Source: Podarcis erhardii (taxonomy: Eukaryota). From it: a stretch of DNA of 64,000 nucleotides. Positions 1-11,329 of this stretch are shown here, piece after piece. The translations under genes were made by a program, and so were the position numbers. The notes beneath the pieces were generated by a model. The model did not search any database. It had not been told where the DNA came from and saw only the letters and a list, made by a program, of their open reading frames with translations. The stretch lies in NCBI GenBank assembly GCA_964252035.1, contig OZ176203.1. One strand, given 5' to 3'. Position 1 is the first letter of the stretch. Every line of letters starts with the position of its first letter.

Positions 1-70
1 TTCTGGTTTTTTGGCGTTCAGCTTCCGAAACATTCGGCAGCCTAGACGTTCAAAAAATGAGGTTCCACTG
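1..70. mobile_element. Right end of a Tigger/pogo-like (Tc1/mariner superfamily) MITE, cut by the window edge
   Basis: Ends GAGGTTCCACTG followed by TA, similar to the GAGGTACCACTG terminus of the MITE at 6913. Confidence 0.6.
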
Positions 71-98
71 TATTATTATTATTATTATTGGTAGTGGT

Positions 99-136
<38 letters not shown>
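71..136. repeat. Compound trinucleotide microsatellite (TAT)n-(TAG/CAG)n
   Basis: Direct reading. It explains the poly-A/V and poly-C/Y ORFs at 85-324. Confidence 0.95.
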
Positions 137-137
<1 letters not shown>

Positions 138-839
138 CAGAGATCATCTCTCCCTTCTTAGCCATGCATGCTGCTCTCATGAAGCCAACAGACGGCTGGA
201 TGCATCTAGTCTCTCCAGAAGTGGCAAGGGGAGGTCTCCTCTGACCTGCCCAGCAGCAGCAGCCACTACTGGAATGCTCTGCTAAGCCAAGTGTTAATGC
301 TAAGCACGCTTGGCTGTTTTGCATGTTCTGAGCACTGCCGGATGCTTCCTCCCATAATCAGTCTGAGCATTGCTGCTTCCCCTAATCACCCCCTGCACTT
401 AATTGACCAATAGAGCTAGACATATGGAGGATTGAATCACAAACCCAAATCAGCAGTTGTCAGAAGAAATTAACTCAAACAGGAAGCAGCAAAACACTTG
501 GTTTCTCTCCTCCTCACTCACTGATGAAAGCAATGATTATTAATATCCCCAGCTGTGCAGGAAGGCAGATGCCAAGAGTACTGGGGGTGAGGTCTTTTCC
601 CATCTCCCTTTTTGCCTGATGTCTCAAAATCCAGCTATAGCTTCTGGCTGAGCAAACCGGTGGGTGGGAGTGTCTTCAGAGTGAGCTCTGAAAATAGACC
701 TTGTGATGAAAGTAGGGTTTTTGCAATCTGGACAGTGGACACTGTAAATTGCTGGTTGAATGGGAGAAAAGGTGGGTCTCCACTCTATCCTTTCACTTCT
801 GTTCCCAATATGATTGCTGTCTCTGGCCCCTTCCCTAAC

Positions 840-963
840 CTGCTGTGTGGTGCACCAGAATACTTGCTTGCATGGTAGTCAAGAGATGGGTGGTAGATCA
901 TCAACAGGACTACAGAGACAATGGCGACAAGAAGCTCTAGCTGAGCCATGGATGTCTTTTCTT
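840..963 (-). other. Candidate exon (124 nt) encoding a hydrophobic stretch, EKTSMAQLELLVAIVSVVLLMIYHPSLDYHASKYSGAPHS
   Basis: Long polypyrimidine tract ending ctttctcaaaag, donor CAG|gttagg, one open frame. No recognised homolog. Confidence 0.2.
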
Positions 964-2050
964 CTTTTGAGAAAGTTGAGAAAAAAATCAAACACATGAG
1001 AGAGAGAGAGAGAATTCCTGCCTTCCCCAGCTGGAAAGGGCTTGGAAGTGTCATTTTCATTAAGCAGAGTTTGCACAGTCCTTATCTAGCAAGCTCCCCC
1101 TGTAGGCATGAGTGGGTTCCCCACCTTCCTCAGGTAGGCTTTCCTTTTCTTCACAATCATGCTCCCCAAGGACTGCCATTAACAAATAGTGCTCTGGAGT
1201 GACACTGCACAGGTGTCAGCAGTGGGTCCTCCTGGACTACTGGGACCCCAGCAGCTTCTCAAGGATGCCGGGCTCTGACAACAGCCCTGGAGTGAGGTTT
1301 CCTGAACTGCAGCATTTCCTCCCATCACCAGTTACAAAACTCGGTCTGTTTTCTCGTGTTAATGTATCTCAAGTTTGGTCATAAGATAGCGGCTCTTTGC
1401 TAATGTGCCATGAAATATGAACGTTTTATCAGAAAATAAGCAAATGCTTAACATTAAAAAATACAGCCCCAGGGAACTTACATATGCATATGATTGGCTT
1501 CAGTCTTAAGGTTCATTTTCTTCCCCTGAAAATAGGTGTTTTCTTCTTCTTAGCTCGGCTTAAAATGGCTATTTTAAAGGAATCGGTGTTTGAGCCTCAT
1601 AGATGGGCAATGCATATATGAAAATGCAAATTTCCTGATGTCAGTGGAGCTTGAAGCCAGGTGGCATGTGGAAACTCATCCAGTTTAAACTGCCCAGTTA
1701 ATTTTAGCCAGCAACAAAAAAACCAGCCAAAAAAAGAGTCAAAAATCCATGTCAAGTAAAGTTGAATTGTGCAACTTGCATAAATTATGCAAATTAAGCA
1801 GTTTCCCATTCCCTCATTCCCTCCTGCTTCTGCAAAGAGAGAAGAAAAATTACTATGAAGACCAATGTTATCCCTGTTCTTGGATATCATGTGCAATCAC
1901 CAACAAATTTTTTACCACGGCTCACACTAGACAAAATGGAGATGGAGAGTATCTCTGAATCTCCAATCCATTTTGAATGTGTTTATTTTATTGTTTTTGT
2001 AGTCCATTTCATGACATTGATGCATGATTTGCATGCATAATTTACCTTAC

Positions 2051-2140
2051 CATGTAAGACAATGCCTTTGCATGCATAGCTCTCATCAGAATCTTTCACA
2101 ATTGCTTGCATGCTCACCCTTTGCTGAATGTGCACTGATC
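2051..2140 (-). other. Candidate 90-nt phase 1-1 exon (SVHIQQRVSMQAIVKDSDESYACKGIVLH)
   Basis: Acceptor atatttacag, donor ATG|gtaagg, only one frame open. No recognised homolog. Confidence 0.2.
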
Positions 2141-2925
2141 CTGTAAATATTCTCATGAATTAAAATATGATAATGAACAGTTGCGCAACAATGGCCATGC
2201 AGCTTGAGGTAGCCAGCTTTATTTGTTTTAGCTCCTGAGTGGACATTTGAGTAGATAGCATGTGACAGGCAGCCCCAAGTCACCTGTTCCTAGCATTTGT
2301 TCAGGTCACATGTTCCTTCATCAGGTTCCAAATATTACTTTGCCTGACCTGTACACTTTGCAGTACATGCTACAAATCTGTGGTGTTTACATGAAAGAGA
2401 GAAGAGGTTCTCAGCCTGTTGGATTCTAATCCCCGCACCAGGTTTTGCATTTCCACAAAGTGACAGGATCATGCAGTCCTTACTACCAGCTGGCCATATT
2501 ATGAAACACAAGACTGTGCCAGGGATCCATCATTTAGCTAAGAATTGTCTGCAGCAGGGGAGGGCATAAACTGAGGCTGAGGTATGCTTTTATTTTTGTA
2601 TAAAAACTGAGGTCCACTAACTGGAGCCAGAAACAAAGTAGAGGTTCAGCAGGATGAACATATGCTATAAAGGATTAAGTTAACAGGGTGCCTCTGAGCC
2701 CATGCTCATCCCAGGAATCTGTGCTCAGTAGCAGTACCTGACTCAATGGGTCATTTCACACAAAAGTCCACTCCTGAATTCTCCCCAAGTATTATTTTTC
2801 AGTAACATGTTTTGAGGGGTGGTTATTGTTGTTAGGCAATTGGCAGTCAGAAGTCTCTGCTGATGTACTTCAATTCCCCCAGAGATCTCTCCATAGACCC
2901 CAGCCTACTTTCTGCCCACCCTTGG

Positions 2926-3035
2926 GCAGTGGCTGTGCAGACTTTGAGGCAGAAGATTTCCCAGATCTATGTGGAGATGCCAGGAATTGAACCTGAGACC
3001 TTTTGCATATAAACAAATGTGCTCTGCTGCTTGAG
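2926..3035 (-). mobile_element. tRNA-derived SINE fragment (Squam3-like head)
   Basis: Reverse strand shows a tRNA-like B-box region (GGTTCAATTCC) in ...GGTCTCAGGTTCAATTCCTGGCATCTCC; similar to the copy at 4651-4850. Confidence 0.65.
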
Positions 3036-3539
3036 TGACGGACCTTCCGCATGAGTTACATCTAAGAGCAACTCTGCCAAACTCTGTCAGCTTTGTGATG
3101 AACCCCACCCTTGACTTTACAGGATCATCATTCACAGGTTTGCTGGATGAAGATGGAACAGTGCCTGCTGTCTTAGATAGGACAGCCATAGGCCCAAATC
3201 TTGTACCTAGAGTCTATCAGACCCAAACTAGCAATCTGGCCCAATGACTTTACTCTCCATTTATCTGGGAGCAGAGGCTGTTAAGAAATTATATAGAGTA
3301 GTATCTGGCTTGGTTGTTATACAGTGTATTATCTGGCTTAAACGATTGGTTTCAGTGGGTCTTCTGTGAATATGAGGTAGCCAGTTGCATCCGTAGTAGT
3401 ACAGTTGCTTTTTCTATCAATAAGGGACCAGTGTTTCAGGGGAAAGTTTGGTATTTGGGTCACAGGTCTTGAAACACAGTGCTGGAAACCTTCTCCTTTG
3501 GGAAAGGGCTGGGAAGCAAAGGTTCTCATGTTCAGTTCC

Positions 3540-3652
3540 TGGAATCTTAAGGGCTGGGGGTGACCTTTGTCTGAATACCTGAGGAGCCACCACCAGACAG
3601 CATAGGCTGAGCTAGATAGTGTGACTCAGTATAAAGCAGATTCCTCTGTTTC
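3540..3652 (+). mobile_element. Degraded SINE body/tail fragment (Squam3-like)
   Basis: agggctggg...ctgagctagat...gactcagtataaagcagattcct matches the 3' part of the 4651-4850 copy. Confidence 0.5.
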
Positions 3653-4650
3653 TAGCATCTGACTATTGTGATAAGAGTGGAGTGATTGTGACTTTGTTCT
3701 TCCCCTAAAAGCTGCCACAACAAAAACTGGATAAAAGTGGCAAAATCCAGCCAATTTGCAATTCTAATTCCGGATTCTCAAGCTGGAAAAGGAGTTTTAA
3801 AAGACTCCCCTTTTTTTTGTCAAACTATGCATGGAACAGGCTAGTAATGGAGTTAGAAAAATTGGTGCCTCCTGTTTACTTAGTTTCTAGTGAGAAGAGC
3901 AGGGACACACTAAACAAAAGTGAGAGAGTCCATTTAGAACTGATAAATATGATCAGTGGGAGGGAAAGTACTTAACCAATGGAATTCACTGTAACAAGCA
4001 AGGACTGACACTATGAATTTACCAGAATTACATGCATGATTTTTAAATTCTAGGAGCATCATCCGAAGGTATGTCAAATGAGATTCAAATTCAAATAAAT
4101 GTAATTTTGTATTCGGAGAATAAACAATGGAAGCAGCAGGAAATACATTTGTGGGCCAGTTATATTTCCATCTTCCAGACTTGGGTTGCTTGCCCTTTCT
4201 TGAGGTGTATCTGGCTCTGGCAGTAGAGAGAACTGTATTTCATCTAGCATTGTAACTCTTGCAGGGCTTCTTCCTGTATACAGAGCTCTCTCCAAACAAG
4301 CTTCTGTGAGCTTCTGCTAAAAGCTAGATTGAAAAGGGGATCTTTTTTTTTTTTTAAATGCTGTTTGCAGATACTGGGCAATAATACTCTGAAGCTCTTC
4401 TATATATAAGCTCATATGACAATCAGAGTTTTGAAAGGGAGGGCCAAACTACTCATTACACACAAATGCATGTAATTGTAGCCAGTGACACTTCTTGTAC
4501 AGGAAGAAGCTAGTTGTGGAGATAGTTTAGAGAGCAGGGAAGCAGCAGGAAGGGACAGGGTGAAGCACTCTCTCCCCACTACATCTCTACTGTAGCTCAT
4601 ACACACCAGAACTGGATTTTTCCACAAACAAAAAATATTGCTGGACTGGA

Positions 4651-4850
4651 CTAGCTGAGCTTAGTGGTAGACCATTTGTTTGAAATGCAGAAGGAGAGAG
4701 GTCCCAGATTCAATCCTCAGCATCTTCAGATAGGGCTGGGGAAGATTTCCTTCCTTGAAGCCTGGAGAGCTGCTGGTAGTCAGTGTGGGCAATACTGAGC
4801 TAGATGGATCAATAGGCTAGCCCAGTGTAAGGCAGCTTCCTTAAGTTCCT
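4651..4850 (+). mobile_element. tRNA-derived SINE (Squam3-like)
   Basis: A-box-like cttagtggtag, B-box-like cagattcaatcc, body agggctggg...actgagctagatgga, tail taaggcagcttcct. Confidence 0.7.
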
Positions 4851-5622
4851 GTGCACATGTCTTCCCCATAATGTGCATTCTACATAAGAGAAGGGTGCTC
4901 TTTTCATTTTGTGCTGAGAATCAGCACACATGAAGACCTGAGAGTAGGAAAGCAACATGGCAACTGCCTTCCTGAACTGTACAAGTAGGCTCATTACGTT
5001 TCATAGGCTGCCACAAACACAGCGGCAAATGTTGGCACATGTGACTAGCATAGCCACAGGGGATACAATAAACCAAGATTAATTGTCACAACAGCACTTC
5101 TCCATCCAGTGACAGGGTTTCTGAGTTAGGCTTTCTGAGCATAACTGCCTGCAGACGGATTTGCCGGGGTCAGTTCAAGGGACTCTCAGCAAAGATAATT
5201 TTCAGAGGCAAACCCCCATGCAATTACATACAACAAAACTCAGAAAAGTTGCATTATACAAGGATATTTCGTTTTTTAAAAAATACCCAAAGCAAAGAAG
5301 AAGAAATCACAAAACTGTCACAGATCAAATGTAACATATCAAAATGAGCTGAACTTCCCAGCACTTACTGGGCTATGATTAAGTTTCTATTCTTATAGTT
5401 TAAGCTGTTCTGGAGGTCTGCTGTTAATAGCCTTCCTTTGTTGGAAGGAATGTCCAAGCCTCCAGTCCCTTAAAAAAACTTATGCCAATAGTTTTTGCGA
5501 CTTCAAATAATTTAGGGCCTGGCAGAATGCATACAGCAACTCTGTGACTGTTTGTCTCCCACCCGTTTCACATGTGAATCTTTTATATTGGGAGGCTAAA
5601 ATGCACGCATCTTTCCAACATA

Positions 5623-6913
5623 CAGTGGTACCTTGGGTTACAGACGCTTCAGGTTAGACTCCGCTAACCAAGAAATAGTTTGCCCTCCCAGATTTTAAAT
5701 TATATTATGAAGCTGCTTGTCTGGTATGGATCAGAGATTGGATGAAGCTGGAAAAGCAGGAAGCACTGGAATTGGAAGGACATAACAGATTCGGTTGGCA
5801 CACATACTTATGGTATGGGAAAGGGAAGGTACACAGAGGTTTTCATAACCATTTAATTAGGAAATCATTAATGAGAATATGGGAGAGATACAAAGACTTA
5901 TTGGAACAAAAGACTCCTTGGTGGCTCTCACCACATGAAGCTTTGCTGCTCAAACCACTTGGAAAGAAAGGAAATTGGCTTACATATACAGATCTGTTAA
6001 AGGATCAAGATGGAAATTGGAAATTAAAAGACTATGAAGAGATAAAAGACCATTTTCAGAGTTGGTTACACTACCGACAACTATACGAAACAAAGAAGAT
6101 AATAAAGGATTCAGCTACACGACATCTAGGTTTCAAAAAGAAGTGATAGAAGGGAAAGTAAAACTGTTGAAAGGTGCATACAATATTTTGTTAGAATGGG
6201 AGACTAAAGATGAAGAGGTAAAAGCAGTTATGATTAAATGGGCACAAGATATAGGCCACAATATTATGTTGGAAGATTGGGAAAGGTTATAGAAAATTGA
6301 CTTAAAATTTACAGATTGCTCTTTACTGAAAGAAAATTACATGAAAATGATGTACAGATGGTATATAACACCAGTACAATTAGGGAAAATGTTTTAAACA
6401 GCCTCAAACCTATGTTGGAAATGCAAGGAAAAAGAAGGGACTTTTTACCATATGTGATGGGACTGCAGTAAAATTAAAATGTTTTGGGAAATGATATATA
6501 ATGAGTTAAAGAAAATGTTTCATTTAACATTTGTGGAAAACCCCGAAGCTTTTCTGTTAGGGAAATGTTTGAAGAAACAACAATACGAACTGGACTCTTT
6601 GGCAGGTTTTGAATAAACATTCACAAAATCTTTATTGGTAATATATAGACGGATAAATTGAGGATCTTTACAACTCTATAACATGCAGATAAAAATATAT
6701 GTTGAGAAACCAGAGATAGGAGCTGAGGGAAGTCGGGGGGTGGGGACGTGTGGGTGGGTATATGCTCGGGGGGGGGGGGAGGAAACAAACTTTACTTCAG
6801 GATGAGAACAGAAATTGTGTGGCGGCAGCGGGAGGCCCCATTAGCTAAAGTGGCACCTCAGGTTAAGAACGGACCTCCTGAACGAATTAAGTTCTTAACC
6901 TGAGGTACCACTG
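5623..6913. mobile_element. Tigger/pogo-like MITE split by an L1 insertion (MITE halves 5623-5679 and 6788-6913)
   Basis: TA|CAGTGGTACC left TIR and GGTACCACTG right TIR. The two halves align colinearly with the uninterrupted copy at 28933-29165. Confidence 0.85.
5680..6787 (+). mobile_element. L1 LINE fragment: ORF2 C-terminus with CCHC knuckle plus partial 3' UTR; stops, frameshifts and an internal deletion
   Basis: FALPDFKLYYEAA motif, CWKCKEKEGTFYHM*WDC knuckle, KKMFHLTFVENPEAFLLG, terminal DSLAGFE*, G-rich 3' UTR. Confidence 0.85.
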
Positions 6914-6998
6914 CATAGGGAAAGATTGGTACAAAGAGCAGTTTCTTAACCTTCATTTAGTAGTGCTGCTGGATATTACCAAGTAGTTTCATTTGAAG

Positions 6999-8205
6999 TT
7001 GGAGCAATTCCATATAAAGAAAGGTTGCAAAGTTTGGGACATTTTAGTTTAGAGAAAAGGTGGGAAAGACATGACAGAATTGCATAAAACCATGTGTGGC
7101 ATGGAGAAATTGGATAGAGAAAATCGTTATTCTAACACTAGAACTCGTGCACATCCAGTGAAGCTGACTGTTGGAAGACTTGGGACAGATTTTTATCTGT
7201 TCTCCTTCATGCAGTGCATAGTTCAGCTAAGGAAAGTGCTCCCACAGGAGGTACCCATGGTCACCAACCAAGATGGCTTTAAAAGAGGATTTACAGATCC
7301 ATGGAGGATAGGACTATTGGTGGTAACTAGTAATGCTTCTAAATACCAGTTCCTGGAAGCCATGGCAGGGGAGAATACTCTTGTGCTTGGTGCTGCTTGC
7401 TGATTTCCCACAGTCAACTGGTTGGCCACTCTGAGAACTGGATGATGTATAATGAAAATGATCTATAGGTGGTACATGACCCCAGTCAAGCTTGCAAAGA
7501 TATATCATTTGCCCAATAACAACTGCTGGAAGTGTAATGAATGCGAAGGAACTTTTTATCATCTTTGGTGGACCTGCCCGAAGATTAAGGCCTACTGGGA
7601 AATGATCTATAATGAAATTAAGAAAATCCTTAAGTGGACATTTGCAAAGAAACTGGAGGCTTTTCTCTTGGGCATGGTAGGCCAAATGGTTCCAAAGAAA
7701 GATAGAACATTTTTTATGTACGCAACAACAGCAGCAAGAATTCTTTTGGCAAAGTATTGGAAGACTAAAGAACTACCTACTCTGGAAGAATGGCAGACCA
7801 AGGTGACTGAATTTATGGGACTGGCAGAGATGACCGGCAGAATTCGTGACCAGAGGAGAGAGACAGTGGAAGAGGACTGGAAAAAATTTAAAATCTATCT
7901 TAAAAATTGTTGTAAAATTTCGGAATGTTAAGATGTCAAGGGATTTGATATAAAGAATTACAGCTGAAAAAATTTAAGCTTAAGAAAACTTTAAAGAGAA
8001 TTAAATATAAAAATGGATGAAGGATTGCTAAAAATTTTTAAAACAAGGATGCAGTGAAGGGGAGGTTTGGGGAAGTCGTGTTATGTTTGTTTGTTTTTTG
8101 TTTATGTTGTAAAATTAATAAAAATTATTTTTTTAAAAAAAGAGAACTGGATGATGGACTTAGATGGGGCATTGGGCTAATCCAGCAGGCTGTTCTTATG
8201 TTCTT
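6999..8205 (+). mobile_element. CR1 LINE 3' fragment (ORF2 end plus 3' UTR) interrupted by an L1
   Basis: Translates to a degenerate ERLQSLG-FSLEKR...NTRTRAHPVKL...LPQEV...GFKRG, typical of CR1 C-termini. Tail ttcttatgttctt resumes after the L1. Confidence 0.75.
7448..8141 (+). mobile_element. 5'-truncated L1 LINE (ORF2 C-terminal 159 aa with CCHC knuckle, 3' UTR, A-rich tail), 15-bp TSD
   Basis: ORF 7452-7931 contains CWKCNECEGTFYHLWWTC. Identical GAGAACTGGATGATG at 7433-7447 and 8142-8156. Confidence 0.9.
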
Positions 8206-9000
8206 CAGACCACTGGTCCCTCTAGCTCAGTGGTTCTGCATGTCATCTGACCTCACTGTGACATCAGGGGATTGACAGGCGGATGATCTTGCCCACCTGC
8301 AAGTTTGACCCATGGTGGGTGGGTATGTAAATCTGCCCTGCCAGCTGGATCCAATTTCCCCATTCATGGATTAGGGACAGGGAGCAGAAGCAAACTGAAT
8401 CCCTTCAGTGTTGAGACTTGATTGTGGATAAGATCCAAGAAATCCATACATGCAAAGGAGAATCCTGTCACTAGAACCTGTGGGTCACCTATCCGTCCCT
8501 TTGGCAGTTGCTTAACTTCTGTGCTGATCAGCAGAATGCAAGCACTGGCTGGGCTGTCACTGAAAACAAAATATCAATTGAATCCAGCCCACTAGGTAAT
8601 AGTCAAAATTACAGGTTGCGCAGTGAGATAATCCAGTGCTTTTATATTCTTTATGTAGCAGCGGTCATTACAGTAGCATTTGATCATTCGCACGCTGTGC
8701 TTTTCATCTGAGATCTATTAGAAAAAGGTGGGTGGAATATCTGCAATATCATCTTCTCCTCTTTTCTGTGGGAGTAAAAGAGGCAGGGCTCGTTTATCAA
8801 TGGCAGACTGGAGTCTTCCCCCTAGTTTATGCCACCTGAGGTCATTTATTTTCAATCCAACTGTCCTCTGTGACAGAACCTCCCAAGCTGTTTACGTATA
8901 TTCTATACTTATCTGCAGTATAATGAAGATCTGAGGCTATCTATTATGCCTTTTTCCTTTTCAAACCTGAACAGCAGAAAGCAGGTGTATATAAAACTAC

Positions 9001-9099
9001 CTGTTTGCAATTTCCTCTCTGTGCAATTCAAGTAAATATATTGTACTTGGTGCCAAAGAATTTGAAAACCAAGTGCTTCCTTAGCATTCCTTACTTTTG
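9001..9099 (-). other. Candidate 99-nt phase 1-1 exon (KVRNAKEALGFQILWHQVQYIYLNCTERKLQT)
   Basis: Good acceptor cttttcccattgactttcacag, donor CAG|gtagtt, open frame. An internal gtaagg donor lies 5 nt after the acceptor. Confidence 0.2.
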
Positions 9100-9489
9100 C
9101 TGTGAAAGTCAATGGGAAAAGCCCAAAGGTATGCTCAAAAGGTAGCACCATCTCAAAACCATGTCAGGAGTGCCATTTCAAAGGCTAGGTAAGGATGATG
9201 AGCTCCTTGGTTATTAATATTATTTGTCTGAAGTTGCTATCTGTTGCCAAGCTTGCTTTGAACCTCCTGTGACTGACCAAATGCTAATCTTCTGCTAGAT
9301 CATCCCTGAAGAAATGGAGTTGAGTTTTCTAGAAGTTCCTGAACTTTCATTTCTCAAATCCATAAATTTATGAGCCTGAAGCAAATTATGCACTGGTTTC
9401 TAACACTTTTGTTCCAGGTGTCCATATATTTATCCTATGGATATATTTGAGTGCCAGGATGATTATTTCAGTGCCAGGATGATTATTCA

Positions 9490-9650
9490 TCTATTTATTA
9501 CATTTTTATCCCACCTTTCTCACAACAATCCTTTGAGGCAGACTATGCTGAAAGAGAATGTATGGCCCAAGGTCACCCAGTGAGCTTCATGGCTAATTCT
9601 GGGGACTTGAACCTGGTTCTTCTCCTAGTCTGGTGCTTCACACTACACCA
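9490..9650 (-). mobile_element. CORE-type (MIR-like) SINE fragment
   Basis: acaacaatcctttgagg...tggcccaaggtcacccagtgagcttcatggct...ggacttgaacctgg resembles the reverse complement of the CORE domain and tRNA head. Confidence 0.65.
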
Positions 9651-11329
9651 TTGTCAGGAATGCTTCCTTGTCTTCCAAGGAACTGCTCCCACTAGAGCAA
9701 TGCAATTCTTTTGTAAATACACTGGCAGTGGGACCAGAGCCACCATGAGGGAATAAGCTATCCTTTTAAAATCTGATCCATGACAGTGTCCCTAATGCAT
9801 TATTCCAGGGGCTCCAGAAGAGCTGCTTTGTAAGATTAAGCTATTAAACATGATTAACAAAGCCCCGTGCCTTATGCAAAGGCATTTGGAGCAAATTGAC
9901 AGCAAAGCAGAGCAAAATTGTGATTTATTTGCCATTATTAACTGTGTATGTGTGTGTACATGGTTACTTTAGTGACTCACTATAAGAAGCAGGGATGTCT
10001 GCATTCTCTGGTGTTAATTTCCTTGGCCAAATAAATCCTTAACACTGTTTAATAACTTTTGTTGCCTGGGGAATTCTGCTCTTGTTTCTCCTTTAGCCTC
10101 ATTAGTAGACTGCAGCTGTACTATTCTGCTTTAATTCTAGTGGCTTCTGTAGGGTGTCTAGTTGTTGTTGTTGTTACAGTTTTAAAAGCCCATCCTTATT
10201 CACAGCAACTTCATAATCCATCCATCCATCAGCCAGTAGCCTAGCAATCCCTATAAACCCTGGGTTCATTCTATAGCATCATCACAGCATACATGGTGCT
10301 TTACAACAACAGGAACCATAAATTAAATTATAGCTGCCTGAGAAATTTACAGGGTAAATCTGTAATCACTGATCAAAGGGAGCACAGCAGCACATTGCTT
10401 TTATTTCTGTTCTTCCCTGTTTTAATTTCAAATGTCCTTCTAGCTGCACACAAAGGTGACTGAGACAATGAGTTTTCACTAGTGCAACTGTTGCGTACAT
10501 TGGAGTCCTATGTTGTGCTAGAAAGTGAGTTTTAATGTTGTATAAGAGTCTTGCACTAGCAGACAGAGGATGCTGACTACAGCCGTTTTTATTTTTGATT
10601 TCCCCCCACTTCTTATGTTAATGCATGATCTCTTTTCCACGCCATGGCTGTAATTTACTGAAACAGTGTCCACATATCTAAAAAAATGTAACCATCCAAT
10701 GATGACATGAAGTATGTGTAATTAGGTAGACCACTTTCTCTTTCCCTGTACTATTGCTTAAATGTTCAGTAATGGACACTTAATATTTCCACATATTGAA
10801 GCAGGATGTGAAATGCTGGAAATGGTAAACTTTTTCCTCCCTAGTCACCTAGTTTAGACCAGAAATCAAAGCTAGAGGATGCAGTTTTACTTTCTGGTGC
10901 CTAACTGGTGCTTTAAGGAGGAGGATACTGACAGAGAAGCTTTACAGAAGAAAGGAGTGGGGACTATCTTAGCTACATATTGGACGATTCCAACCAACAT
11001 ATAACTTTATTCTCCATGCTCAATTCATTTGTCCAGGTCATTTTGAAAGCTAGTAAAATGGAGTAGTGGAACTCATTGCTCAGTTTGCAGTCAGACTCAG
11101 TTGGGTTAAGTTATAGAATTCCTGAATAATTTGATGTATTACTAGTTTATTTGACCTCTGCAAAGTATTTGTAAGAAGTGAGTGATTGCATTGTCTACCT
11201 TAAGCCCCACAGAATCCTGTATCCATCAGGGGCCTTTTTGATTGCAAGCTGCTGGCCCAAGACCACCTTGTCCCAGCGCTGGTGAGATTTGAAGACACTT
11301 CAGTTATGTGAATCTCTCCCCCCCCCCCC

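Noticed and set aside
85-324. Poly-Ala/poly-Cys ORFs on both strands
   Set aside because: Translation artefacts of the trinucleotide microsatellite.
2905-3247. Protein-looking ORFs on both strands (MAVLSKTAG..., TDLPHELHL...)
   Set aside because: The minus ORF runs into a SINE, the plus ORF starts at the SINE edge, splice sites are weak and no family motif is present.
4074-4311. Minus-strand frame QKLTEACLERALY...MYFLLLPLFIL resembling a GPI/TM tail
   Set aside because: An acceptor is present but there is no good donor or recognisable domain, and it does not fit the phases of neighbouring candidates.
9450-9487. 20-bp tandem duplication (similar tiny duplications near 35300, 58686, 59146, 62843)
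   Set aside because: Ordinary slippage-type micro-duplications, not arrays.
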